Part shown: one piece after another, positions 10,494 through 20,387 of the stretch
Position numbering within the stretch: position 1 is the stretch's first letter
Layout of the letters: every line of letters starts with the position of its first letter
IMG/VR virus record: IMGVR_UViG_3300027884_000039
Span: 1 to 64,000 of that record
Direction: 5' to 3' (one strand)
From: a virus
Taxonomy: Duplodnaviria; Caudoviricetes
DNA: 64,000 bases
Program-made: the position numbers and the translations under genes
Notes under the pieces: generated by a model
What the model was told of the DNA's origin: nothing
The model's input: only the letters and a program-made list of their open reading frames with translations
The model's database searches: none

Positions 10494-11255
10494 TTATGTC
10501 TTCGACGCTCCGATATAATTCTTGTAGATCGTCTGCCTGATATCCCAGGGCGTCATATTATCCTTCCTCGCCCTGAACCTGCGCAGTTCAATCTTGTACA
10601 TTTGCAGCGCCACATCCACTTCTCCTGGCGATGACTTTCGCCCATGCTGCTTCCATTTCCATTCTGCGTATGCTTCCACCGCTGCCTGACAGAGCGGATC
10701 GATCTTCGTAGCATTGCTCACGGTCTGCCCGCTTGAGATATATTCTAGCACGCAACAGGTCTGTTGCAGGGTTTCGGCGAATTGAATCTGCCCCCGCTCC
10801 GGGATCACCTTAAAATAGTTATTGCTGAAAGCGGTATTGTACCCGAACAGCCGTCCCACGTTCTCTCCTAGATCATCAATGTTCTGAAACATCCAGTACC
10901 CCGGCCAGAACGGGAAGTCCAGGTCCACGGTCTGCGCATTGCCATAGGTCGTGGGCACTCCTTGAGCCGTATAGTTCGTGAGCCGATTGATGCTCTCCCG
11001 TTGCACCAGGGGTTGAATGAACTGCCCTTGCGGCACCCCAACCTTGATCCATTCCACATAGTCGCAAGGCAGGTCAGCCGCAAAATCCTGTTGGCTGATC
11101 GGGAGAGTAGCTGTACTCACCGCTCGCATGGAGTCGTACGACAATTCCCGCACACAATCGGCACTGTACTTTAGGAACTGCACATAATAATGCAGCGGCA
11201 ATCCCTTTTGCAAGAGCATCGAGCGCGTGATCGTATCGAGACTAGTGAAGTACAT
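10494..11255 (-). CDS. Tail ring/adaptor protein
   Basis: LPCDYVEWIKV motif, helical ends, crAss-like ring-protein architecture. Confidence 0.65.
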   Translation of the reverse strand: MYFTSLDTITRSMLLQKGLPLHYYVQFLKYSADCVRELSYDSMRAVSTATLPISQQDFAADLPCDYVEWIKVGVPQGQFIQPLVQRESINRLTNYTAQGVPTTYGNAQTVDLDFPFWPGYWMFQNIDDLGENVGRLFGYNTAFSNNYFKVIPERGQIQFAETLQQTCCVLEYISSGQTVSNATKIDPLCQAAVEAYAEWKWKQHGRKSSPGEVDVALQMYKIELRRFRARKDNMTPWDIRQTIYKNYIGASKT

Positions 11256-11272
11256 TTTGTTGTTACAGTTTC

Positions 11273-11500
11273 TTACCTATCTTCGTAACTATTGGGATCG
11301 TCATCATCTGAATGATCTATAAATGCATAAGCGCTATTCTGTATTTCTTCTGTGACTGGATTCTTCCACTGAAAAATAGCTTTCCAATTTCTCAAGTCCT
11401 TTGGATCTAATTTGTCCAGCGGAATTTCAGTCAGCCAATATCGATAGTGTTGTTCACGTCCGTTCTGTCTGACGATTATATTAAGTCTCGGATAATTCAT
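11273..11500 (-). CDS. Hypothetical protein inserted in the tail operon
   Basis: 75-aa ORF coupled to the upstream stop; AT-rich. Confidence 0.55.
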   Translation of the reverse strand: MNYPRLNIIVRQNGREQHYRYWLTEIPLDKLDPKDLRNWKAIFQWKNPVTEEIQNSAYAFIDHSDDDDPNSYEDR

Positions 11501-12177
11501 GCTTGCGCTTGTTGTTTAATCGGTATCTTCCCTTCCTTCACACCGGGATCGACCAGCTTATCTGGAATCTGTTCTTGCATATACAGTTTGTATACCTCCT
11601 GCTTCACTTGCCATTCCATTTCTGGCGGCAACGGTAGCACATCATAGTCCGAATACTGGGTGAAGTCCAGCACGACGAGCCGAGCCGTGACATAGGTATT
11701 CACATTGGGGATCGTCAGGTCCTGGGTAAAGATCACCTGGAGCCCGCTGACCTCGTATCCCGTAAAACCAGACAGCGCCCCTACCAAACCCTGGCTAAGG
11801 ATCATGGAAGCTTCCCCTAGCTGGAGTGGAATGAATTCCGTGAAATAATCGGCGGCAGGGAAGATTTGATATACCCCCATATTACGCGGTAACTTGATCG
11901 GCATCACCGGCAGCGTCGTCATACAGGTATTACTCCAGGGTACCAGGAGGTTACCCGGATAGGTGCCAATCGCCGCTCCGTTCGGAATCGCTTCGCCGAA
12001 GGGAATATTCGTATTGAGGTATTCCATCTTCAGCAATTGATTGGCCACCTGGGCAATCGACAGCTTGATCTCACTGGGATGCCATTTCACGGCAGAGCCG
12101 ACTCTGCCTCCCGCCAGCAGCAGCATTATTTCATCGGCCAAACGTTGCTTGGTCGGTATTCCAGGCGTGTATGCCAT
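11497..12177 (-). CDS. Tail ring/adaptor protein
   Basis: 226 aa; N- and C-terminal helices around a beta core (LPLPPEMEWQVKQEV); synteny. Confidence 0.65.
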   Translation of the reverse strand: MAYTPGIPTKQRLADEIMLLLAGGRVGSAVKWHPSEIKLSIAQVANQLLKMEYLNTNIPFGEAIPNGAAIGTYPGNLLVPWSNTCMTTLPVMPIKLPRNMGVYQIFPAADYFTEFIPLQLGEASMILSQGLVGALSGFTGYEVSGLQVIFTQDLTIPNVNTYVTARLVVLDFTQYSDYDVLPLPPEMEWQVKQEVYKLYMQEQIPDKLVDPGVKEGKIPIKQQAQA

Positions 12178-12179
12178 TG

Positions 12180-12860
12180 TTATATTTTATCAGGACCTTC
12201 CAAGTTCTGGCTACTCTTACTCTCCGCGTAGCCAATCACGTCCTGTTCGCGGACATTGATACCGAGCGTGCTGAGGGCCTTAATTAATATGCTGTTCTGG
12301 TCCTTATCGGCCCAAGCGAGCTGTACACTGTTGATGGGGTCATACACAATGACCCTGCCGCTGACGACGCTATACACGTACTTGGGCGCAGGAGGCCGGT
12401 TCAGATAATATAGGACGCCAGCTTGTGGCACTGCGGGATACAATTGAACATTCCAGTTCTGCACAATGATCCCATACGGGTCAATCAGACTCGGCGGGTA
12501 GATTTGGTTATTGTCCCGCCATACCTTTTCATCCTCATTCAATATTGGCACAGGCCGGTTATAGGGAAGACCCGTGATGGCATTCTGCGTGATCGTGTAC
12601 AAGCTCAACAAGTGCTCGTAGTCGCTTGGCACCTGCACCAGGCCGGTAGGGCACTCACTTTCGGTAAAGACAATAGATCGCTTGAATGGCGCCATCGCAT
12701 CGTTTAACCGCTGGCTGGCGCCAAATTGCATGTAGTAATCATTATACAGAGACATCTGCGCGCGGTCTACAATTAAGTCGAAATCCCCTGGGGCATAATA
12801 AGTTCCAAAGACCTTATTTACCTCGAAGTTGAGATAATTGTAAGCCACGTCGAGCGTCAT
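12180..12860 (-). CDS. Head-tail adaptor/ring protein
   Basis: VPSDYEHLLSL and YYLNRPPAP motifs of gp4/ring-type adaptors. Confidence 0.7.
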   Translation of the reverse strand: MTLDVAYNYLNFEVNKVFGTYYAPGDFDLIVDRAQMSLYNDYYMQFGASQRLNDAMAPFKRSIVFTESECPTGLVQVPSDYEHLLSLYTITQNAITGLPYNRPVPILNEDEKVWRDNNQIYPPSLIDPYGIIVQNWNVQLYPAVPQAGVLYYLNRPPAPKYVYSVVSGRVIVYDPINSVQLAWADKDQNSILIKALSTLGINVREQDVIGYAESKSSQNLEGPDKI

Positions 12861-12897
12861 GGATAAAATTACTTATCCGTAATGGGCAGGGATTGAA

Positions 12898-13641
12898 CTA
12901 TTTCACTTTTCGTCTAGTTTGCCCCTCGATGGCTAGGATGTGGTACTGCTTAATGATGTAGAAGGTCTCCAGGTTAGGCGTGTACTCTTGTGCGACACCT
13001 GGCATGATGTATATGGTGTCTCCCGGCTGTGCAGAGAGCGATGGCGAGCCCACCAGCGGGAGGCCTATTGACTTGACGCGCATTTTTGTCGGCTTCTCCG
13101 CCTGAGGGACTTTGCGCCCCGCTTGGACCGCTTGGAGTGCGAGGGCGTCAATATTATAATTAGTCGAAACCGAACCGGTGATAATTTTTCCTTTCGGCGT
13201 TTTGTCCTCGATCGATGCGCATAAAACATATCCATTGATCATCTCGATGCCATCCGGTTTAATAATCCCAAATATCTTTTGGATATCCGCTTTCCAATAT
13301 TCCTGTCCCTCGAACAGTACAATGTTCTTGTAAATCGGCGTGTCGCCTTCAGGCTGGTCTACGTAGGCATACACCACATCATAGCGCATGAGCACTTTAT
13401 CGCCAACCGCCAGCGGGCACTGCATTCCAGCGTAATCAGCCCTTGCTATCAGTCCTCTTGGCAAGGACACGACGACGCCCTCCAACATGGCCGATTCTTC
13501 AGGGTGAAAATTAACATCTTTATAGAGTGTAATCCCACTTTCAAATGTGACGCTATCGTAGAACTTTTTATCGATGGTGACATAGACGGTATTGAGCGGA
13601 GAAATAAATGTACTCGTTCGTTGTATGGTTGGGGTTATCAT
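12898..13641 (-). CDS. GroES-like protein with two GroES-type domains
   Basis: GVVVSLP..GDKVLM and MINGYVL...VKSIG...PGDTIY...IIKQYHILAI repeats. Confidence 0.65.
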   Translation of the reverse strand: MITPTIQRTSTFISPLNTVYVTIDKKFYDSVTFESGITLYKDVNFHPEESAMLEGVVVSLPRGLIARADYAGMQCPLAVGDKVLMRYDVVYAYVDQPEGDTPIYKNIVLFEGQEYWKADIQKIFGIIKPDGIEMINGYVLCASIEDKTPKGKIITGSVSTNYNIDALALQAVQAGRKVPQAEKPTKMRVKSIGLPLVGSPSLSAQPGDTIYIMPGVAQEYTPNLETFYIIKQYHILAIEGQTRRKVK

Positions 13642-13678
13642 CAAACAAAAGTAATTAATTTTGAAAAACGACAATGCA

Positions 13679-14170
13679 ATGGTGAATTATAATGGTTCTC
13701 CGCCTGCGGCTCTTGCTGCTGCCGGGGGATCACCATATATTCCTGCCCTGGATAGTTTAAACACGCGAGATGTTTTATCGGGGATTGTGGCTAAGGGGTA
13801 CACTGATCTGAAGAGCGACGACGCGCGTAATGCGTTCGCTTATTTGAGCTCGTCTTTGGGGGCAGCCACAGCCAATAAGCTCATGCTGCATGCACTACTC
13901 TTTAATCAACGTCCGGAGATGCAACGCGCGAGTGCGCAACAGAAAGTGCAATCGTTCTACGATATGGGCAGCAATGATCCGGAAGTAAATAATATTATTG
14001 CGCGCGCGGGAAAAGTTGCTCAAGGTCCTCTGGCAGGATTACAATCAGCCCCCGATCTCGGCAGTGTGCAGGCCAGTGGTCGGCGCGCATTTATCAAGGA
14101 TCAGGTTCCCCCCGTTGACACCAGTCCCCTGGGCGCGGCGGCGAAGATAATGGGTGTAGCCAGCAGATGA
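13679..14170 (+). CDS. Hypothetical protein
   Basis: ORF with protein-like composition; first gene of the plus-strand operon. Confidence 0.65.
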   Translation: MVNYNGSPPAALAAAGGSPYIPALDSLNTRDVLSGIVAKGYTDLKSDDARNAFAYLSSSLGAATANKLMLHALLFNQRPEMQRASAQQKVQSFYDMGSNDPEVNNIIARAGKVAQGPLAGLQSAPDLGSVQASGRRAFIKDQVPPVDTSPLGAAAKIMGVASR

Positions 14171-14562
14171 GGATTAGTTTGAACGATATTGAAAAAGCGA
14201 TCCGGGCGAACTTCATTTTAAGTAAAGAAGGCAATCGATTGCTGGAGGCTGACTATTATTACGAATGGCACGCCCTGGGTGCGGCTCGCATTGTATTCGT
14301 CGGTGCAGCTATTGCGGCTGGCTATGGGCAGCAGGACATCTGTCTATATATCGATATGTCGCTTTCGGAGTACAATGGCAAGTTGAGGAAGTTTAGGGAA
14401 CATTATAAGCGCGGCTCTAGTAAGGCGGCGGAAATCAAAGCCGCTCGAAGGCAGATCGCGGAACTAGATGCTAAGGATATTGATCTACGTATCTACCGAA
14501 AATATGTGCTGGTTAACAACTACCTCCAGCACTTACAGCGCAAACGGTTGGAACTTTTCTAG
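14167..14562 (+). CDS. Hypothetical protein
   Basis: ATGA-coupled ORF, 131 aa. Confidence 0.65.
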   Translation: MRISLNDIEKAIRANFILSKEGNRLLEADYYYEWHALGAARIVFVGAAIAAGYGQQDICLYIDMSLSEYNGKLRKFREHYKRGSSKAAEIKAARRQIAELDAKDIDLRIYRKYVLVNNYLQHLQRKRLELF

Positions 14563-14862
14563 GTCTTTGCCGATGACTTCGACCAGGTACCAAGAAGCCA
14601 TGTTTTCCATTTCTATATTAAGAATTGCTCGCTTGGTATTATTGGTGACATGAATATACTGGTGGTTGCTTATAAAGGTTCCGACAAGATGGATTGCAAT
14701 TCGATAGCCTGCGATCATCACTCCGAGATTTGTCAATTGTGACCAGTCATGGAGTGGCGTTCCTTCGTATCTTATAATCTTTCCGTAGTAAAATGGGTAA
14801 ATCGTTTCCAATATGAATTCTTTTTCACCCGCCTGAAATATAACATATGGAGGTAGTTTCAT
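14533..14862 (-). CDS. Hypothetical protein (opposite orientation)
   Basis: 109-aa ORF filling the gap between plus-strand genes. Confidence 0.55.
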   Translation of the reverse strand: MKLPPYVIFQAGEKEFILETIYPFYYGKIIRYEGTPLHDWSQLTNLGVMIAGYRIAIHLVGTFISNHQYIHVTNNTKRAILNIEMENMASWYLVEVIGKDLEKFQPFAL

Positions 14863-15164
14863 TCAACAAACATACAACGAACAAGCCGAAAATCAAACCG
14901 GTTGGCAATAAAATGCTCGTGCTGCCTGATCCGGTGAAAGAAACTAGTATCCGGGGGATCATCATTCCGATGAGCGCCAATAGTCAACTAGAAGAGGCAA
15001 CGGTTATCCTGGTATCGGCAGACGTGGATATATTCATTAAGGAGGGAGAACGTATCCTGTATCCCAGGGCCTCTGGTGTGGAGCAGGAGTATGACGGAAT
15101 CAAGTATAAATTTCTTAACGGCCCTACCATCCGGGACGCGGGGGACATCTGGGCGATAATATGA
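14847..15164 (+). CDS. groES: Co-chaperonin GroES (Cpn10)
   Basis: IKPVGNKMLVLP...GIIIP...ATVILV...IKEGERILY...GVE...DGIKY signature. Confidence 0.9.
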   Translation: MEVVSFNKHTTNKPKIKPVGNKMLVLPDPVKETSIRGIIIPMSANSQLEEATVILVSADVDIFIKEGERILYPRASGVEQEYDGIKYKFLNGPTIRDAGDIWAII

Positions 15165-15439
15165 TGATCCATGAATTTATCAATCGAATCGATGTTGTTA
15201 CTCCTGAAGGGCCTGGCGCTATCTGGTTCGTTACTCAGTTTGGCCACGAAACCTCGCTGGTATTCTGCGTGATCCAGGACAATGGCACGCTTTGGGAATG
15301 GCAACCCCGAGACATTCGTATTAAGGACAATCGAACATTTAATAGACAAAAACAAGACAATGGCACGACCAGTAAAAAAAACACCCCGACCAAGAAAATT
15401 AAAAAACGACGCGCCCGTCAGCGACGCCCAGGACAATGA
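15161..15439 (+). CDS. Hypothetical protein
   Basis: Coupled ORF. Confidence 0.6.
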   Translation: MMIHEFINRIDVVTPEGPGAIWFVTQFGHETSLVFCVIQDNGTLWEWQPRDIRIKDNRTFNRQKQDNGTTSKKNTPTKKIKKRRARQRRPGQ

Positions 15440-15662
15440 ATTGCGTAGGTATTGCATTGACACCGTGATTAGACTCGGGCCGGATGCCGATATGGGGGTA
15501 ATACTTAGGAGCGTGGATACACTCCGTTGTTATTTAAAAGGGGAGCCATGGCCCAATCCTCCCGTGGTTACGTACACTTACAATCCGCCAATCAACGTTG
15601 TTACTGATCCGGTAGGTGAATCCAAGATGTACAGCAAATTCCCCGATGCGCACGTCCTGTAA
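15360..15662 (+). CDS. Hypothetical protein (basic N-terminus)
   Basis: ATG at 15360 after an A-rich leader. Confidence 0.55.
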   Translation: MARPVKKTPRPRKLKNDAPVSDAQDNELRRYCIDTVIRLGPDADMGVILRSVDTLRCYLKGEPWPNPPVVTYTYNPPINVVTDPVGESKMYSKFPDAHVL

Positions 15663-16398
15663 ACATATCCTGATTAAGTACGCCTCCAGGTCGAGGCCTC
15701 GTAAGTTTTTTGATGGTCTGCTCAACATTATTGATATGGCTGCCAATAAGGAGGATTACACGGTATTATGCTGCTTGGATACCGATGACCTTACTATGTT
15801 TTGGGAGGGCGCGCTGCTGCCGGCTTGGTTCGTAGAGATTCATAGCCATGACCATCTTTACCGGCACGTGAGGTTCGATTTCGGCCAATCCTCTTCTAAA
15901 ATTAATGCCATCAATCGGCCAATTCCTGCCGATCTCCAGTGGGACATCCTAATCAATTTCTCCGATGACATGCGTTTCACGGTCTTTGGCTACGATGACC
16001 TGATTCGAGATGGCTTTCGTTGCAATGGGGATGATCTGTTTTTGCACTATCCTGACAGCACGGCTAAGAACATGCTTTCTACCATGTCCATTATGGATCG
16101 CAAGTATTACGAGCGGGATGGATATATATACCATCCATCGTATCAATCATTGTGGTGTGATAACGAGGCGCAGGACGTTGCTAAAATACGGGGGCGCTAT
16201 CGCTACATGGGTATACAGATATTTGATCACTATCATCCCGCCTATGGCCAGGTCCCCTGGGACGCGCAGTACCAGCATCAGCAAAACTTTTGGAATGAAG
16301 ATGAGGCTAATTATAATTACCGTAAATCACATAACTTTTTCCTAGATGCAACTGAGCATACTGATCCCAACCGTTCTGGAACGCCGCAAGCAGTTTGA
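15646..16398 (+). CDS. GT-A fold glycosyltransferase (GT2-like)
   Basis: ILIKYASRSRP, CLDTDD, WDILINFSDD, WCDNE, DHYHP motifs. Confidence 0.85.
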   Translation: MRTSCKHILIKYASRSRPRKFFDGLLNIIDMAANKEDYTVLCCLDTDDLTMFWEGALLPAWFVEIHSHDHLYRHVRFDFGQSSSKINAINRPIPADLQWDILINFSDDMRFTVFGYDDLIRDGFRCNGDDLFLHYPDSTAKNMLSTMSIMDRKYYERDGYIYHPSYQSLWCDNEAQDVAKIRGRYRYMGIQIFDHYHPAYGQVPWDAQYQHQQNFWNEDEANYNYRKSHNFFLDATEHTDPNRSGTPQAV

Positions 16399-16933
16399 TG
16401 ACCTGGTGGCCTTCATCCGCAATATCATCGACCTGGAGGGGCTGCACGAAGAGGTGGAAATTCTATCGATCTGCGATGATAAAGAGATGACCATTGGCGA
16501 GAAACGTGAAGCGCTCTATCAGGGCGCTAAAGGGGAGTACGCCTGGCAAATTGATGATGATGATTGTATTAACGCACAAGCGCTGCGTCTGATCCTGGAA
16601 GCCATGGAACAGAAGCCGGATTGCATCACATTCTACGAAGCCTGTATCATTGACGGCAAGGAATTCCGTTCCAACTTCAGCCTCACTTATCCTGATTGGG
16701 GCGAGCATATTGACGGGTGGGATTTTGTGCGGACTCCCTTTTTTAAGACGCCGATCAAGACGGAAATTTGCCGCATGGTGCCCATCCCGCATGTTCGCTT
16801 TGGGGAAGATCATCTATTCGCTAGAGCGATTAAGCCCCTGCTGAAGACGCAGGTGCATATCCCCAAGGTGCTCTATTACTACATTCATAACTCTAGCCCA
16901 CATAACGAACGCTATGGAATTAAAACAGACTAA
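16346..16933 (+). CDS. Glycosyltransferase family 2
   Basis: LSILIPT, IGEKR..L...AKGEY...IDDDD, GED..F, LYYY motifs. Confidence 0.9.
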   Translation: MQLSILIPTVLERRKQFDDLVAFIRNIIDLEGLHEEVEILSICDDKEMTIGEKREALYQGAKGEYAWQIDDDDCINAQALRLILEAMEQKPDCITFYEACIIDGKEFRSNFSLTYPDWGEHIDGWDFVRTPFFKTPIKTEICRMVPIPHVRFGEDHLFARAIKPLLKTQVHIPKVLYYYIHNSSPHNERYGIKTD

Positions 16934-17594
16934 GGCGGCTATTATCAGCGCGGGCATCGGCGGATGGTATAGTGCTGGCATCGACCGCCTGGAACGATCA
17001 CTGTCCTATCATGGCTGGGCGGGCGATGTGCTCACCTGGAAAGACCGCTATCCCCCTGCTAGTCATAAACATGAGGAGATTCCTTACTACTTTAAAATCG
17101 CCGCTTTCGAATGGGCGCTATACCGGCAATACACCCATGTCTTATGGGTGGACGCGTCATTCTGGGCCATCCAAAATCCGATACCATTATTTGATTTGTT
17201 TAATTCGAAGGGATTTTATATGTTTAGGTCGGGATACAATTGCGCTCAAACGATTAGTGATGCCGCATTGAGCGCCCTGGACTGTAACCGGGACGATATG
17301 GAAGGACAGCCTGAGTACGCTTCGGGCGCGGTCGGCGTCAACTTCGAAAATCCAGATGGCAGGAGACTCTACGCATACTGGAAACACCTTATGGACATGG
17401 GACTATCGAAAGGTTCCCGTAATCACGACAATCAAAGTCAAGACAGCCGGTTCCTGTTTCATCGACAGGATCAAAGCTGTTTATCGCTAGCTATGTATAA
17501 ATTAGGCCTATCTATTGATGAGCCAGATTATGTAGCTTATTATGGTACCGGTTATAATCCGGGCAAATGCTTATTCTTTATCAATGGGATATAA
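16914..17594 (+). CDS. Nucleotide-diphospho-sugar transferase-like protein
   Basis: YYFKIAAF..A...YTHVLWVDAS and HRQDQSCLS motifs. Confidence 0.75.
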   Translation: MELKQTKAAIISAGIGGWYSAGIDRLERSLSYHGWAGDVLTWKDRYPPASHKHEEIPYYFKIAAFEWALYRQYTHVLWVDASFWAIQNPIPLFDLFNSKGFYMFRSGYNCAQTISDAALSALDCNRDDMEGQPEYASGAVGVNFENPDGRRLYAYWKHLMDMGLSKGSRNHDNQSQDSRFLFHRQDQSCLSLAMYKLGLSIDEPDYVAYYGTGYNPGKCLFFINGI

Positions 17595-17901
17595 GGATTC
17601 ATATCGCCTATTATCCCAGCGCATCCAAGGGATGGAGCAAGCCCGCAAGCTACAGGCTAAGGAATATAAGCGAAGGCTGAAGATACTTAATGGAGAGGCA
17701 GAGCGGTTAAGGGGTATCCAGGCCACGTACGTGCCGCGTGAGGTATACGGTAAGGATATGCAGGATTTGCTAGATAAGATACAGATTCTGACGGATTATA
17801 AGAATGGACAGCAAGGGAAGTCGCAATTGTTGCAGTATATACCCTGGCTACTTACTGGCGTATCGATCTTGTTTATGCTGCTCACGTACTATAAGAAGTA
17901 A
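17584..17901 (+). CDS. Coiled-coil protein with a C-terminal TM helix
   Basis: IPWLLTGVSILFMLL followed by YYKK. Confidence 0.65.
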   Translation: MGYKDSYRLLSQRIQGMEQARKLQAKEYKRRLKILNGEAERLRGIQATYVPREVYGKDMQDLLDKIQILTDYKNGQQGKSQLLQYIPWLLTGVSILFMLLTYYKK

Positions 17902-17911
17902 ACTATAACCA

Positions 17912-18118
17912 ATGAATCAAGCGATCCTGAAAGAGAATGAATTCATCATCGGGATGAAGAACGATGATGAGGTATGCGCATTTTATTTGCGCAACCCACA
18001 TATAGAGCCGGGAAATACTGGCGATGGGTATGATAAATTTGCTTTGGTGGCCGTTGAAAGTATGTTGCTAGCTGCGAAACAACACATTGAAGATAGCTAT
18101 AAAACAAACCAACAATGA
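17912..18118 (+). CDS. Hypothetical protein
   Basis: ORF with A-rich start context. Confidence 0.6.
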   Translation: MNQAILKENEFIIGMKNDDEVCAFYLRNPHIEPGNTGDGYDKFALVAVESMLLAAKQHIEDSYKTNQQ

Positions 18119-18918
18119 CCGCCATTCTTAGCTGCACCGGAGACGATTTGTATCTCTTCAACCTGCCGTTTGCTATTTACTCCTGGCACCAAATCGGGTG
18201 CGACTGTGCGGTATTCATTCCTAGAGCATTAGCCTTCGACAGAAGATTCAGTGAGGTGATGCGTACTACTAAAAATGCGCGCAGTTGCCATTGTTTTATC
18301 TTCAAAGCCAACCTGGATAAGCAAGCTACGTATGCCCAGTGCGCTAGGTTATACGCCGCCGCTACGGGACGGCAATTCTATGGCTCGGAAATGTTGATTA
18401 CTTCGGATGCAGACATGTGTGTATTCAATGAAGCGTGGTGGGAAGAACTTACCAGGGACACCCGGATAAAAGTTGTAGGCGCTGACCTGGTGCCGGCCGG
18501 ACAGTTTCCTATGTGCTATATCGCGATGCAATGCGCAAGATGGAAGACCGTGATGGGTATTGGCCCGAAGGATCGCTACCAGGATTGCCTGGACAGGCTA
18601 CTCAAGCACCTGGAGGCCGAACACTTCCGGGGTAACTACTGGAGCAAAGATCAGGAGACGATCTACAATGCCATTAGCACCACAGATTATAATATTGAGT
18701 TGATCAACCGTGCTAAGCCGGGTACGCAGTTCGCTACGCGCCGCGCTGATCGGGATGGCTGGGAGGTCACTGCGGATATTATTGATGCCCACTTGCCACG
18801 TCCAGGATGGACAGATGAGAACTTTAGCAAAATATATATGCTCTTTGCGCAGATGTATCCAGATGCTGACCTCGGATGGATGGATGATTACAGGGCGGAA
18901 TATCTAAAATTCATGTGA
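18115..18918 (+). CDS. Putative GT-A-like glycosyltransferase
   Basis: AQCARLYA, LITSDADM (DxD), WSKDQE, DAHLPRP; cluster context. Confidence 0.55.
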   Translation: MTAILSCTGDDLYLFNLPFAIYSWHQIGCDCAVFIPRALAFDRRFSEVMRTTKNARSCHCFIFKANLDKQATYAQCARLYAAATGRQFYGSEMLITSDADMCVFNEAWWEELTRDTRIKVVGADLVPAGQFPMCYIAMQCARWKTVMGIGPKDRYQDCLDRLLKHLEAEHFRGNYWSKDQETIYNAISTTDYNIELINRAKPGTQFATRRADRDGWEVTADIIDAHLPRPGWTDENFSKIYMLFAQMYPDADLGWMDDYRAEYLKFM

Positions 18919-19106
18919 TGTTTGAATTCGTGTTTGGGCCGAAGCTTCCCGGAGCGCATTGCATGGCCTATATTCAGTACAGGCGTACTGGAGAACGCTG
19001 GTATTTTGATCTGTGGTTCGATGAGTTAATGAGAATGACCATTCTATTCACGTATAAATGTAAGCGACCATGCCAGTATCCAAGGAAAAAGTCCGTCTCC
19101 AACTAA
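18915..19106 (+). CDS. Hypothetical protein
   Basis: Coupled ORF. Confidence 0.5.
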   Translation: MMFEFVFGPKLPGAHCMAYIQYRRTGERWYFDLWFDELMRMTILFTYKCKRPCQYPRKKSVSN

Positions 19107-19255
19107 TTCGAGCCCACGAGCAAGAGAATACACTTAATAAAGAGATGGGCAAGATCGACAAACAGTTAAGGGTTCTACAACTACGAAAAGATAAGTTGGC
19201 CCGTTTGGTGTCCAAGAACGTGCGCTATCGCAATAGGATGATTAAAATGCTTTAA
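19070..19255 (+). CDS. Small coiled-coil protein
   Basis: Heptad pattern; coupled ORF. Confidence 0.55.
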   Translation: MPVSKEKVRLQLIRAHEQENTLNKEMGKIDKQLRVLQLRKDKLARLVSKNVRYRNRMIKML

Positions 19256-19256
19256 T

Positions 19257-20387
19257 ATGCCACTACCTCCCATTAATGATACCCAATACATCGATGCGCG
19301 ATCAGGGCTGATCGCCCCCTGGTTTACCAAGCCATTCCTAGAGGAATTATACACCTGGGACTTGCGTACGAAGCGCGTCTTTGAATATGGGTGTGGGCAT
19401 AGCACCATTTGGTGGACTACCCAGGTAATGGAACTCATTGCCGTGGACTGCGACGAGCGATGGACGGAGGATATATACAGAGAACTAGCCTTCAACGTGA
19501 TTCAGGGTGCCAATGTGGTGACCTTAAAATGCAGACCAGTCATTGCTGGTGAAGTGGAGTTGAAGAGCCGGTACGTTAATGCAATCTATGAGGAGGAAGG
19601 CCAGTTCGATATCATTGTGATCGATGGCTCCTATCGCGACGAATGTATTGCGGCTGCGCTCACCAAGATCAAAGATGGGGGGATTATCATCTGTGATAAC
19701 TGGGACCAGGAAGGTGTATGGGATAGTATCATGGGGGGCAGGTTGCTTGATCCCTGGGAAGCTCATCTGTATATAGAGCCGAGTAGGACTAACGATGTGC
19801 GTCCGTGGAAAACGGGATACTGGATTATTCAAAAAATGCGGTGTTGGGGCATGGGAAATTATTTTCCGACAGACTATCTATTGAATGTCACTGATTCATT
19901 CAACTCCCACCGCCCGATGCTCTGGATGGCACTAGAGCATATCAAACCTGGACGCGTGGTTGAATTCGGCTGCGGCTGGGGCAGCACCCCGCTCCTCCAC
20001 CGGTATTGCATGCTCCAGGGCCGCGACTTCGCTAGCTGGGAGACGGATCGGGATTGGTCGGTGAAGATGGATAACCTTACCCGGCATGTCAGGTCCTACT
20101 TTGATTGGAATCCGGAGATGTCGATTTCCCTCCTGTTCATCGACTCGGCCCCAGGAGAAGAACGCGCCAAATTGGTCGAATACTACCGCAATAGAGCCGT
20201 CGTGCTTGTCATACATGACACCGAACCCGAGGCTGAGTACGTATATCACCTCCAGGAGACGCTGGCAAGCTTCCCCTACCGCTGCGATCTGGTGATCGAG
20301 GGCTATCCACAAACGACAGCGGTGAGCATGACCTATGACTTTGCACGCTGGAAGGGCGTGACATTGGGTAAATACAAGTTCGTATGA
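19257..20387 (+). CDS. Tandem class I SAM-dependent methyltransferase (two domains)
   Basis: RVFEYGCGHST..FDIIVIDG and RVVEFGCGWGST..LLFIDSAP. Confidence 0.85.
   Translation: MPLPPINDTQYIDARSGLIAPWFTKPFLEELYTWDLRTKRVFEYGCGHSTIWWTTQVMELIAVDCDERWTEDIYRELAFNVIQGANVVTLKCRPVIAGEVELKSRYVNAIYEEEGQFDIIVIDGSYRDECIAAALTKIKDGGIIICDNWDQEGVWDSIMGGRLLDPWEAHLYIEPSRTNDVRPWKTGYWIIQKMRCWGMGNYFPTDYLLNVTDSFNSHRPMLWMALEHIKPGRVVEFGCGWGSTPLLHRYCMLQGRDFASWETDRDWSVKMDNLTRHVRSYFDWNPEMSISLLFIDSAPGEERAKLVEYYRNRAVVLVIHDTEPEAEYVYHLQETLASFPYRCDLVIEGYPQTTAVSMTYDFARWKGVTLGKYKFV

Noticed and set aside
276-10634. Numerous plus-strand ORFs from the ORF track
   Set aside because: They are antisense shadows of the long minus-strand structural genes. 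The same applies to opposite-strand ORFs over the primase, integrase and tail-fibre genes.
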